64,000 bases of DNA from an uncultured Clostridia bacterium (GCA_944387545.1 CALXFE010000002.1:3611-67610); one strand, 5' to 3'. Positions 11,246 through 21,588 are shown, counted from the first letter of the stretch. The notes: generated by a model from the letters alone, not told the origin. Numbers and translations: made by a program.

Positions 11246-12598
11246 TTATTGTTTCATATTTTTATTTGTAACAGTTAATTTCACTAATGAATAAATGAAT
11301 AATCCCGCACCTACAACAAATAGTGCAATCATAATAGGTGTACCAGCTTTAGGTAAAGTAGCAGGTGGTTCTGAAAGTCTTAATTTTGGAGTAACGTTTG
11401 AGGTATCAGAAACTGGGTTACCATCAAAATCTGTATAAGTAATATCTACTTTTTCATTGGTATCTAGGATTTTACCAACAATGCTACTGTCAAAATTCTC
11501 TTTTAATTTTAAAGTGTATTGAACAGTTGCTGTTTCTCCAGGATGTAGTTCTGGTATTGTCCAAGTAATAGAATTATCTTCAGTATTTACTTGGGTTGAT
11601 ATTGTTCCAATATTGGCTTCTGAAACATAGGCAAAATCAAAGTTATCAATAATTTCTTGAGGGAAATAATCGTTAATACTAATATTAGTTAATATTTTTT
11701 CAACTGGTAATAAATCATTATAGATATCTTCTGTAATGGTTTGTTCAATTTCACTATCTTGTACATAGTAGAATTTACCAACTGTTGGATTGGTTTCAGT
11801 TCCAAAAATTTCTTCTATAATATCACCATATGTTTTGTCATCTTCTCTAGTGGCAGGAACATCATCTTCATTAGAAATACCAGTAAGCATTGTAATAACA
11901 TCATATCCTGCAGTATCTAAAGCTTGTAATTGTGCTTTTGTTTTATTAATGACATCATCTGAATAATAAACTTTGTCATAATTTAAAGCAACATTTGGAA
12001 TACCATCTGTTAAGACAATAATATATTTGTTATTATCTTCTTCGGAAAAATATTGGCTAGCTAAGTTTAATCCGGATTCTAAATCGGTTCTAGGTCCTGT
12101 ATATTGAATATTAGAAATGGCAGAGATTAATGCTTGTGGATCAGTAGATAAATTAGAAATTAATGAAGCATCTTCAATAGTTCCTTCTTTAGAAACATCT
12201 TCATTTGTAGAGAAACTAACAGCACCTACTTTTAAGTTTTCATTTCCATTTAAAATTGTATTAATTAAGGTTTTAGCAGATTCTATAACCAAATCTTCTC
12301 TAGTAGTGGTTCCTTCTACAATATCTTCCATACTTTTTGAGTTGTCAATGACAAGCATAATTTCTCCTGTTGGTTGCATAGCTGCTTCTTCATTCGTTAC
12401 TTGTAATTGAAGAGTAACTTCTTTATTATTTAAATCTTTTTTAATCAATCTTTTTTCAAATTTTGAATTTTCTCCAATTTCTATTGTACAAACTGGTTCT
12501 TCAACAACTTCCATTGTAACAGTTTGATAAGTTGCAAAAGATAGGTTTGCGATTAAAATCAGAACTAAAAACAATGTAATAAAAACACTTTTTTTCAT
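11246..12598 (-). CDS. Sortase-anchored surface protein with von Willebrand A domain
   Basis: Signal peptide MKKSVF..., MIDAS-like VIDNSKSM, TDL, VLTDG, Ig-like tail, LPKAG + TM + basic tail. Confidence 0.85.
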   Translation of the reverse strand: MKKSVFITLFLVLILIANLSFATYQTVTMEVVEEPVCTIEIGENSKFEKRLIKKDLNNKEVTLQLQVTNEEAAMQPTGEIMLVIDNSKSMEDIVEGTTTREDLVIESAKTLINTILNGNENLKVGAVSFSTNEDVSKEGTIEDASLISNLSTDPQALISAISNIQYTGPRTDLESGLNLASQYFSEEDNNKYIIVLTDGIPNVALNYDKVYYSDDVINKTKAQLQALDTAGYDVITMLTGISNEDDVPATREDDKTYGDIIEEIFGTETNPTVGKFYYVQDSEIEQTITEDIYNDLLPVEKILTNISINDYFPQEIIDNFDFAYVSEANIGTISTQVNTEDNSITWTIPELHPGETATVQYTLKLKENFDSSIVGKILDTNEKVDITYTDFDGNPVSDTSNVTPKLRLSEPPATLPKAGTPIMIALFVVGAGLFIYSLVKLTVTNKNMKQ

Positions 12599-12731
12599 AC
12601 ATAAATTCCTCCCATAATTTGATTTCATATATATATTTTAACACAAGAAATAAAAAATACAACAAATTTGTAGAAAAAAACATAAAAACGTGATAAAATA
12701 GAATACGCAAATTGGTATAAAAGGTGATAAA

Positions 12732-14616
12732 ATGTTAGAAAATATAAATTTTCCAAGTGACTTGAAAAAATTAAGTATTTTGGAGAAACAAAAATTAGCT
12801 GAAGAAATAAGAAAATATCTGTTAGAAATTGTATCTGAAAATGGTGGACATTTAGCTTCAAATTTAGGGGTGGTAGAGTTAACAATTGCATTACATAGTG
12901 TTTTTAACTTAAAAACAGACAAAATTGTATGGGATGTAGGACATCAAACATATGTACATAAGCTATTGACAGGAAGAAAAGAAAAATTAAAAACATTAAG
13001 AAAGTTAAATGGGATAGCTGGTTTTCCAAAAACATGTGAGTCAGAATATGACTTTTTTAATACAGGACATAGTAGTACATCTATATCAGCCGCATTAGGA
13101 ATGGCAAGAGCAAGAGACTTAAAAAAACGGAAATTATTCTGTATTAGCAGTCATAGGAGATGGTGCTTTAACAGGCGGTATGGCACTAGAAGCTTTAAAT
13201 GATGTCGGGTATAGTAAGACAAAAATGACAATTATCTTAAATGATAATGAAATGAGCATATCACCAAACATTGGTGGACTAAATATGCTACTTAGCAAAT
13301 TAAGAGCTAAAAAGATGTATACTAGATCTAATATTATTATGAAAAAAAGAATCAGTAAAATACCAATTGTAGGAAAACCAACTGTGAAATTTGTACAAGC
13401 AGTAAAAAGAAGTATCAAACAGTTAATTATACCTAAAATGTTTTTTGAAGATATTGGATTTACGTATTTAGGACCAGTAGATGGGCATAATATAGAGGAA
13501 TTACAAAGTATATTAACACTTAGTAAGCAAATAGATAATCCTGTACTAATTCATGTATTAACGAAAAAAGGAAAAGGATATGAAATTGCAGAAAAAAATC
13601 CAGATAAATTTCATGCAACAGGACCTTTTGATATTGAAACAGGGAAAAGTAAAAAAGAAAAGGGAAAAGACTATTCAAAAGTATTTGGAGATAAATTAGT
13701 AGAACTAGCAAAGAAAAATGAAAAAATTGTTGCTATAACAGCTTCTATGAAGGATGGGACTGGACTTACAAACTTTAGTAAAGAATTTCCAGAACGCTTT
13801 TTTGATATCGGAATTGCAGAGCAACATGCATTAGGTTTAGCAGCAGGAATGGCAATAGATGGAATAATTCCAGTTGTACCAATATATTCGTCTTTCTATC
13901 AAAGAGCATATGATCAAGTAATTCACGATATAGCACTTCAAAATTTACATGTTATTATGTGTGTAGATAGAGCAGGAATTGTTGGAGCAGATGGAGAAAC
14001 ACATCAAGGTATGTTTGATATGGCATTTTTTAGATTAGTACCAAATTTAGTTATATTAGCACCAAAAGATTTTCAAGAATTAGAAGATATGTTAGAATTT
14101 GCAGTAAACTTGAAAAAACCAGTTGTTATTCGATATCCAAGAGGTGGAGAAGATAAGGAAAAATTGATAAATCACGAACCAATAGAGGAAGGAAAAGCAG
14201 AAATATTAAAAGAAGGAAAAGATATATCTATAATAGCAATAGGAAAAACAGTTGCAAGAGGTATGAAAATAGCTGGAAAACTAAAGGAACAAGATATAGA
14301 TGCTGAAGTCATCAATGTAAGATTTTTGAAACCATTAGATAAAGAAACCATAAAAAAATCAATTGAAAAAACAAAAAATGTAATTACAATAGAAGATGGA
14401 ACGATTATAAATGGACTAGGAACTACTATAAAAGAATTAATCGTCGATGAAGATATAAAAGATGTAAAAATCAAAGCATATGCTTATCCAGATACATTTA
14501 TTCAACATGGAAGTGTTGAAGAATTAGAAAAAATATATCATTTAGACGAAGAAAGCATCATGAAGGATTTGTTGGAGAAACAATTGAAAAAAGCAAAAGA
14601 TGAAAATACGAAATAA
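12732..14616 (+). CDS. dxs: 1-deoxy-D-xylulose-5-phosphate synthase (~627 aa) joined by +1 shift at CGG-A 13128-13131
   Basis: [28 protein letters not shown] in ORF 12732; +1 frame resumes [24 protein letters not shown] (ThDP motif), IAEQH, DRAG. Confidence 0.93.
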
Positions 14617-14710
14617 TTAGAAAATGTAAATAAGTATTTTGTATGGAATTGAATATGTTAAAATTTATAAAAAGATGATTCAGAAAAAAAGAGGAGAGAT
14701 AAACTTTAAA

Positions 14711-15514
14711 ATGAATAAACAAGACTTATTAAAAGACTATAAAAAACAAGAAGATAAATTATGCTTATCACAAGTATTAGATAAGATAGAGATATCATCA
14801 AAAAGAGAAAAAATAGAATATACAGATTTTTTAGATATGTATCAAGTAGCATTAGTAGAAAATTTTCTAAGAAAAATACAATATAAAAACTACAAACTAT
14901 ATGGTGGATATGAAGATGCAGAAAGAAAAATATGTATCATATATCCTGAAAAATTTGATGATAAAATGTTAGAAAAAAACTATGATAAGATTTTAAAAGT
15001 AGTAAGAATCATATTACCAGAAGAAGAAAAAGGAAAATATTCACATAGAAACTACCTAGGCGGAATCGTAAAATTAAGCTTAAAAAGAGAAAAAGTAGGA
15101 GATATTATTGTAGGAGAAGATGGAGCAGATGTGATAACATTAAATGAATTTGCAGATGTTTTAAAAACACAATTACCATCTCTTACAAGATTTGAAAATG
15201 CTCAAATTACGATAGAAGAAATACAAAATGTAAGAAAATTAGAATTAAAAATAGAAGAAATAAGCATTATTGTACCATCACTTAGATTGGATAATATCGT
15301 ATCAGACTTAGCAAGAACCTCTAGAAGTAAAGCATCAGAAATTATAGCACAAGAAAGAGTCTTTATAAACGGACAAAATGAAACGAAAAATTCAAAAACA
15401 GTAAAATTAGGAGATGTCATCACGATTAGAGGAAAAGGCAGATTTATCATCAAAGAATTTACAGGAACAACAAGAAGTGGAAGAACAGTCGTATTAATTG
15501 AAAAATACGTTTAG
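14711..15514 (+). CDS. ylmH: YlmH/Sll1252 family S4 RNA-binding protein
   Basis: TDFLD, GGYEDAER, HRNYLG, SLRLD, S4 domain ITIRGKGR. Confidence 0.9.
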   Translation: MNKQDLLKDYKKQEDKLCLSQVLDKIEISSKREKIEYTDFLDMYQVALVENFLRKIQYKNYKLYGGYEDAERKICIIYPEKFDDKMLEKNYDKILKVVRIILPEEEKGKYSHRNYLGGIVKLSLKREKVGDIIVGEDGADVITLNEFADVLKTQLPSLTRFENAQITIEEIQNVRKLELKIEEISIIVPSLRLDNIVSDLARTSRSKASEIIAQERVFINGQNETKNSKTVKLGDVITIRGKGRFIIKEFTGTTRSGRTVVLIEKYV

Positions 15515-15833
15515 GGACGTGCCAAAATGGACAAAAATTGACCAAAAGGGACAGACCTGTTAGAAAAAGAAAAGTTCTTGAAAATATTATATTTCTTAAT
15601 TTATGAAATGACGAATGTGAATGAAATCATATTAGAAAAAATTAAAGTATCTAATAGGAGAATCTCAAAACTTGATTTTGAGTGGTGCCTATTAGATACT
15701 TTTAGTTTTTCTTTATGATGTAATGTTAGCCGAGGAATGTAATAAATTAAGAAATATAATATTTTTATATAATGAATATTTTCATAGGTCTGTCCCTTTT
15801 GGTCAATTTTTGTCCATTTTGGCACGTCCCTAA
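15511..15833. repeat. REPIN/MITE-like composite palindrome: perfect 48-bp inverted arms enclosing a long hairpin
   Basis: 15511-15558 ttagggacgtgcc...gggacagacct is the exact reverse complement of 15786-15833. Confidence 0.9.
15581..15765. repeat. Long-hairpin element copy 1 (structured ncRNA or ssDNA element)
   Basis: 24-bp outer stem 15581-15604/15742-15765, central bubble, 15-bp stem 15644-15658/15688-15702, apical ctcaaaa/ttttgag; homologous to 37276-37475. Confidence 0.8.
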
Positions 15834-16957
15834 TGTTTCATAAGAATGGCATCATATTGGTTATCATAATATTTTTTTCTTCTGCCACATTCTTTAAAAC
15901 CAAATTTTTGATATAAGGAGATGGCAGAAAAGTTTTCTTCATTAACTTCAAGATGTATGGTTTCGATGTTTTTTTCTTGACAAATATGAAGAATATGATT
16001 TAATAGTAAGGTTGCAACTCCTTGTCTTCTGTAATTTTTCATTACAGCTATATTCATAATGTCAGCTTCGTCTAAAATGATTTTAATGCCAGCAAAACCA
16101 ACAACGGTATTTTCTAATGTTGCACAAATAAATTTAGAATTTTCACTTTTTAATTCATCTTTTAAAATATCTATATTCCAAAAATCATCAAATTTAGAAA
16201 TGTCTAAATTATCTAAATCAGAAATTTGCATGTCTTTGATAACCAGGCTTTTTCCTTCCAATTGTCTCTGTGCTTGAGGCTTTTTTAAATAAAGGGGAAG
16301 TAAGTCTTTATCTTCACCTTGTTGATTATATTTATGAATGCCAGCAATACCTAGATGATAGACATCAATAGTATGAATATTTGTATCTGTAAGGTTAGAA
16401 ATACTATTGGGAATTACAAATTTTGAAGATTGGTTTTGTATGATTTGTTTATAAATAAGGGAACCATCTCCAACAAAGGTAATTGTAGAATTTGCATATC
16501 TATAATTTAAAAAATTCAAACAATTTTCTATACTATCAGCTTTAGGTGGTTCTAATAAAGAATATACATTGTTTTTTAATTCATATAAAGCATAATAACA
16601 ATTATTATTTTTACAATCTAGTATACTACAAATGATGCCATCATTTGTAACATTATAAGCTAATCCCTCAAGAGAAGAAATGCCAACAGAAGGGATTTGT
16701 AAACTATCAGTAAAAGCTTTGATAGTTGCTACACCAATTCTAATTCCAGTAAATGAACCAGGTCCAATATCGCAAACGAGTAAATCCATGTCAGATAATT
16801 TTAGCTTTGTGTCCGCGAATATTTGCTTAATCAATGGCATTAGGGATTCTGAATGTGTTAATCGATTATGCAATTCTATTTTTTTTACTAAATGTGTATC
16901 TTCTAATATGGCTACACTACATATTTTACTAGAAGTTTCTATACTTAATGTTTTCAA
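15830..16957 (-). CDS. tsaB: TsaB-RimI fusion (t6A biosynthesis TsaB + N-acetyltransferase)
   Basis: LSIETSS, HSESLMP, GPGSFTGIRIG, PLYL; C-terminal GNAT NIAV...YRRQGVA...LEV...AISLY...RKKYY; TTG start. Confidence 0.9.
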   Translation of the reverse strand: MKTLSIETSSKICSVAILEDTHLVKKIELHNRLTHSESLMPLIKQIFADTKLKLSDMDLLVCDIGPGSFTGIRIGVATIKAFTDSLQIPSVGISSLEGLAYNVTNDGIICSILDCKNNNCYYALYELKNNVYSLLEPPKADSIENCLNFLNYRYANSTITFVGDGSLIYKQIIQNQSSKFVIPNSISNLTDTNIHTIDVYHLGIAGIHKYNQQGEDKDLLPLYLKKPQAQRQLEGKSLVIKDMQISDLDNLDISKFDDFWNIDILKDELKSENSKFICATLENTVVGFAGIKIILDEADIMNIAVMKNYRRQGVATLLLNHILHICQEKNIETIHLEVNEENFSAISLYQKFGFKECGRRKKYYDNQYDAILMKH

Positions 16958-17054
16958 TTTTATCCTCCCACTATTATTTTTTACAATTATTTTTAAAACT
17001 ATTTTTGCGAACAGTAAATCAATTTTTAATAATGCCTATCATTATAAGGTATAA

Positions 17055-17519
17055 TCATATAAGTTTAGTTAACAATTCATCATATTTTTCACCATAGGAA
17101 ATAGCATTAAGAATTCTTACAGAATCATTCATTTCATCTCTTTCAAATGTAATATGTATATATTCTTTTGGAAGTGCGTCTTTAATAATTTCACCCCATT
17201 CAATAATGCAAATACCATTTTCAAAATATTCTTCTCCTCCGATAGCATAAAATTCAGAAGAATCTTCTAATCGATATACATCAAAGTGAAATATATTGAT
17301 GTCATTTTTCGTATATGTATTAACAATAGTAAAAGTAGGACTAGAGATTTCATCTTCTAATCCATAATAGCTTAAGATACCCTCTGTTAATTTTGTTTTT
17401 CCGGAACCTAACTCTCCAGTTAAGACGATAGTATCTCCTTTTTTTAAAAGGCTAGCTAATTTTTTTCCAAAATTTAAAGTTTCTTTTTCATTATTGGATA
17501 TTACTTTTAAATGCTTCAT
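17055..17519 (-). CDS. tsaE: t6A biosynthesis ATPase TsaE
   Basis: LTGELGSGKT, SSPTFTIV, HFDVYRL, IEW. Confidence 0.95.
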   Translation of the reverse strand: MKHLKVISNNEKETLNFGKKLASLLKKGDTIVLTGELGSGKTKLTEGILSYYGLEDEISSPTFTIVNTYTKNDINIFHFDVYRLEDSSEFYAIGGEEYFENGICIIEWGEIIKDALPKEYIHITFERDEMNDSVRILNAISYGEKYDELLTKLI

Positions 17520-17749
17520 AACAGTACCTCTAAATTAATATTTTACAAGCATTATTATACTATAATTTATACGAAAATTCAAATAGAAAATAAAGTGAAA
17601 GAAATATAATATAATAAAAAGCAATGAAGAGAAAAAAGAGTGAAGAAATTTGAATATTACAATTCTGTTACATTCAAAAAAAATGTTGAAATATGTGATA
17701 GATTCATATATAATAAAATTGTATAAAGCTTTAAAAAAGGAGGAAGTAG

Positions 17750-18553
17750 ATGGATACATTTGCTAACTATATTTTAGATGAAAAAGATTTAGCTGCTAAA
17801 ATGGAAATAACATATTATTTAGCAAAAAAAACAAAAATATTTTTTGATAAATCCGTTATCTTCAAAACAGAAATAGCAAGAATGTTTATAGACTATATGA
17901 AAATAGATGTAGACAAAAACTTGGTATTAACAGCATGCCTATTATGTAATTGTAAAAAAGTTGATAATGCACAAGATATAGAAAAAATTCATTCATATGC
18001 AAAAAAAGGAGCAGACTATTTATTAACATTAGGATTTGATAACAAATTTTGCAAAATGTGTGAAGAAGTTAATAGATATAGTAATAGTAATCCAAGAGAA
18101 AAAGAAAGTGATATATTAGAATTAGTAGACCAATTTGGAGGAATGTTATTAGATAGACCAGAAAGAATAGGTTTTAAACCAGATGAAGCAATGGTTTTAT
18201 TAGAACATAGAAATTTAAAAGATCAATATAATAGATTTTTACATACATTTGGAGAGTTTGTCCAAATGATGGAACAAATAGAATTAAGTGATTTTACATC
18301 TATAAAAGCTTTGAGAAAATTGGTAAAAATACATAATGAGACAGCAAACGTAAAAGATTTTATAAAAAAAGTATGTTATGAATATGAACCTAAAATAGAT
18401 AAAGCTGTTGAAAACGAGAGAAAAGAATTAAAAGATCAGATGTTTAAAGATACGAATAGACCATTATTTAGTGAAGAAACAACGAAAAAAATATTAGCAC
18501 ATATAGCAGAAGAAAATATGCAAGGAAAACAATTAAAAAATGAAAATGAATAA
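17750..18553 (+). CDS. Hypothetical protein with degenerate HD-GYP-like fold
   Basis: ACLLCNCKK in place of AALLHDIGK; ILELVDQFGGMLLDRPERIGFKPDEA resembles the HD-GYP C-terminal motif. Confidence 0.55.
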   Translation: MDTFANYILDEKDLAAKMEITYYLAKKTKIFFDKSVIFKTEIARMFIDYMKIDVDKNLVLTACLLCNCKKVDNAQDIEKIHSYAKKGADYLLTLGFDNKFCKMCEEVNRYSNSNPREKESDILELVDQFGGMLLDRPERIGFKPDEAMVLLEHRNLKDQYNRFLHTFGEFVQMMEQIELSDFTSIKALRKLVKIHNETANVKDFIKKVCYEYEPKIDKAVENERKELKDQMFKDTNRPLFSEETTKKILAHIAEENMQGKQLKNENE

Positions 18554-18557
18554 TTTT

Positions 18558-18594
18558 GGGACGTTAGGGATACGCCAAAACGTTCCATTTTTTT
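18558..18594 (+). repeat. Short GGGAC-type hairpin / terminator after stop codon
   Basis: gggacgtt...aacgttcc followed by T7. Confidence 0.5.
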
Positions 18595-18671
18595 CTGAAA
18601 GTTTAAAGAAAAATAAATGTGAGAAATGATAGAAAAGTTTGAATAGGACATTTAAGGAAAGAGGTAATAAA

Positions 18672-19859
18672 ATGTACGAAATATTTGCAGATTTACATGT
18701 ACACATAGGAAGAAGCGAAAATGGAAAACCAATAAAAATAACAGCCGCAAGGTCTTTGAATTTTGCGAACATTGCAAAGGAATGTGCAGATAGAAAAGGA
18801 ATTAATGTGGTGGGAATCATTGATTGTGCTTCTCCATATGTTATAGAAGATATAGAGAATTTTTTAAAAACAGGAGATGCATATGAATTACAAGATGGTG
18901 GAATCATATACAAAGATAAAGTTTGTATACTACTAGGAAGCGAAGTAGAGACATCAGAACAAGGAAGAAATGGAAAAAAAGGAGCAGCCCATAATATTTG
19001 CTTTTTTCCACATTTAACAGATATAAAGGGATTTTCAAATGAATTAAGCCATCATTTGAAAAATATTACATTAAGTACACAAAGGTCAGATTTATCAGGA
19101 TATGATTTAATCGATATGGTAGAACGATATCATGGAATATTGATTCCTGCACATATATTCACACCACATAAAAGTTATTATGGAAATTGCACAGATAGAT
19201 TACAGAATATATTTAAAGAAAAATATGATAAAATATTTGCTGTTGAATTAGGACTAAGTTCAGATACTTATTTGGCAGATATGATTTCAGAATTAGAAAA
19301 TAAGACATTTGTGACAAATTCAGATGCTCATTCTTTACCTAAAATTGCAAGAGAATATAATAAAATGCAGGTTGAAGATATATCGTTTAAAGAAATTGTA
19401 AAAGCATTAAAAAATGAAGATGGGAGAAAAGTCCTTGCTAATTATGGATTAGATCCAAAACTTGGAAAATATCATAGAACATATTGTGATGATTGTGAAA
19501 AAGCAATAGAAACCAAAGAACCTGTGGAAACTTGTCCATACTGCGGAGGAAAGAATGTAACTTTTGGCGTTTTTGATAGAATAGAATTAATTAGAGATAA
19601 ACAAGAATCAAAAAGCCCAGAAAATAGACCACCTTATGTATATCAAATTCCATTAGGATTTATCCCAGGGGTTGGTGGAAAAACAATAACAAAATTATTA
19701 GATACCTTTGATACAGAAATGAATATTCTTCATAAATTATCAAAAGATGATATAGAAGCGGTTGTGGGAGAGAAAATTGCAGATACAATTGAAAAAGCAA
19801 GAAATGGAGAATGTAAAGTACAATCTGGAGGCGGTGGAAACTACGGAAAGGTAGTTTAA
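18672..19859 (+). CDS. PHP-domain endonuclease Q family protein (YqxK-like)
   Basis: ADLHVH, IPAHIFTP, ELGLSSD, NSDAHS, GKYH, CxxC...CPxC zinc finger; upstream of spoIIM-xerD as in other Firmicutes. Confidence 0.85.
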   Translation: MYEIFADLHVHIGRSENGKPIKITAARSLNFANIAKECADRKGINVVGIIDCASPYVIEDIENFLKTGDAYELQDGGIIYKDKVCILLGSEVETSEQGRNGKKGAAHNICFFPHLTDIKGFSNELSHHLKNITLSTQRSDLSGYDLIDMVERYHGILIPAHIFTPHKSYYGNCTDRLQNIFKEKYDKIFAVELGLSSDTYLADMISELENKTFVTNSDAHSLPKIAREYNKMQVEDISFKEIVKALKNEDGRKVLANYGLDPKLGKYHRTYCDDCEKAIETKEPVETCPYCGGKNVTFGVFDRIELIRDKQESKSPENRPPYVYQIPLGFIPGVGGKTITKLLDTFDTEMNILHKLSKDDIEAVVGEKIADTIEKARNGECKVQSGGGGNYGKVV

Positions 19860-19968
19860 AAAGCTGAAATAGTATAAATAGGAAATAAATACAATATAAA
19901 TTAAAAATAGTAGTTCTATAAATCTTCTTATCGAATACACATTATGTATAAACGATAAGGAGATTTTT

Positions 19969-20607
19969 ATGAAAGAAAAAAGACAATTTAGATTATTAAA
20001 AATGATAAAAGAACATGTACTGAATAATAAAAAAGAATATTGTATTATATTTTTAGTATTTGTGATTGGAATATTTAGCGGTGTATTTTATATTAATAAT
20101 ATGCAAGAAACTCCAAAAACGGAAATAACCAATTATTTAAACCAATTTATAGAAAAATTTAAAGGATTAGATAGTATAAATAACATAGAATTATTAAAAA
20201 ATTCAATTACACAAAATGTACTATTAGCAGTAACAATCTGGTTTTTTGGAACGACAGTTATTGGAATTCCAATTGTATTTGCAATTATTTTATACAGAGG
20301 TTTTTGCTTAGGATATACGATCTCATTATGTATAGCAATCATGGGACTTGGAAAAGGAATCAGTTTTGTTTTGGTTACGTTATTATTACAAAATATTTTA
20401 TTCATCCCAGCGATTTTAGCATTAGCTGTGAGTGGCACAAAATTATATAAATCAATTGTAAAAGACAAACGAAAAGAAAATATAAAATTAGAGATATTAA
20501 GACACACTATATTTTCTGTAATCATGTTAATTATATTACTAATGGCATCTGTCATAGAAATATTTATGTCTACAAATTTATTAAAGCTTGTGATTAAATA
20601 TTTTTAA
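19969..20607 (+). CDS. spoIIM: Stage II sporulation protein M
   Basis: Multi-TM protein with GIP...RGF.LGYT...QN..FIPA; yqxK-spoIIM-xerD synteny. Confidence 0.88.
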   Translation: MKEKRQFRLLKMIKEHVLNNKKEYCIIFLVFVIGIFSGVFYINNMQETPKTEITNYLNQFIEKFKGLDSINNIELLKNSITQNVLLAVTIWFFGTTVIGIPIVFAIILYRGFCLGYTISLCIAIMGLGKGISFVLVTLLLQNILFIPAILALAVSGTKLYKSIVKDKRKENIKLEILRHTIFSVIMLIILLMASVIEIFMSTNLLKLVIKYF

Positions 20608-20706
20608 AAAAATAGAAAAAATGTATTTACAATTTTGAAATAGTTTGATATAACATATATAGTTTATGTAAATATAATTCAAAAAATATAGAGGTAGGGG
20701 AAAAAA

Positions 20707-21588
20707 ATGGAGAGACAATTAAAATTCTTTTTTAACTTTTTAGAGAATGATAAGAAATTATCACAAAATACATTGCAATCATACAAAAGAGATTTAAAGC
20801 AATTTAGAAAATACTTAGAAGAAAATGGGATACACTATAATAGAGTAAAAGAAAAAGACATACAAAATTATATTAAAGAAATGCAAGAAGAAGGAAAAAA
20901 AGCTTCAAGTATTTCTAGATGTATTGCATCTATTAGATCATTTTATCAATTCATTCTAAAAAATAGAAAGATAAAAGTAGATCCAACAGCCAATATTCAA
21001 TCTCCAAAGATAGAAAAAAGAACACCAAGTGTATTAACTGCAAAAGAAGTAGAATTATTATTAAAACAACCAGATGATGTTGACTTAAAAGGAATCAGAG
21101 ATAAAGCAATGTTAGAGTTTGCCTATGCCACAGGTATGAGAGTTACAGAAATTATTTCATTAAATATAGATGATGTCAATTTAGAAGAAGCTTATGTTAT
21201 CTGTAAAAGTGGAAACAAACAAAGAATTATTCCGCTAGGTACCATGTCATTGAAAGCTTTAAAAGAATATATAAATGATGCAAGAGGAATCTTAATAAAA
21301 AATGAGGATGAAAAAGCCTTATTTGTTAATATAAATGGTGGAAGACTTACAAGACAAGGATTCTGGAAGATTATAAAATATTATAAAGAACAAGCACATA
21401 TAACAAAAGATATAACACCACATGTGTTAAGACATTCATTTGCAACACACTTATTGCAAAATGGAGCAGATTTAAGAGCTATTCAAACAATGCTTGGACA
21501 TTCCGATATATCATCAACACAAGTTTATATGCAATTTCAAGATGAGGGATTAAAAAATATATATAAAAAAGCACATCCAAGAGCATAA
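20707..21588 (+). CDS. xerD: Tyrosine recombinase XerD
   Basis: NTLQSYKRDL, RDKAMLE..YATGMRVTE, TRQGFWK, TPHVLRHSFATHLL, LGHSDISSTQVY, HPRA. Confidence 0.93.
   Translation: MERQLKFFFNFLENDKKLSQNTLQSYKRDLKQFRKYLEENGIHYNRVKEKDIQNYIKEMQEEGKKASSISRCIASIRSFYQFILKNRKIKVDPTANIQSPKIEKRTPSVLTAKEVELLLKQPDDVDLKGIRDKAMLEFAYATGMRVTEIISLNIDDVNLEEAYVICKSGNKQRIIPLGTMSLKALKEYINDARGILIKNEDEKALFVNINGGRLTRQGFWKIIKYYKEQAHITKDITPHVLRHSFATHLLQNGADLRAIQTMLGHSDISSTQVYMQFQDEGLKNIYKKAHPRA

Noticed and set aside
15581-15765. Firm call as 6S RNA
   Set aside because: Shape is similar, but it is very AT-rich, present in dispersed copies and I cannot see 6S consensus motifs; left as an unassigned structured element
15601-15825. 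74-aa minus-strand ORF inside the palindromic element
   Set aside because: Lies entirely in the repeat, has no RBS and no recognisable domain
20707-21588. Tyrosine recombinase as a prophage/ICE integrase
   Set aside because: XerD-specific motifs and spoIIM-xerD synteny; no att sites or phage genes nearby
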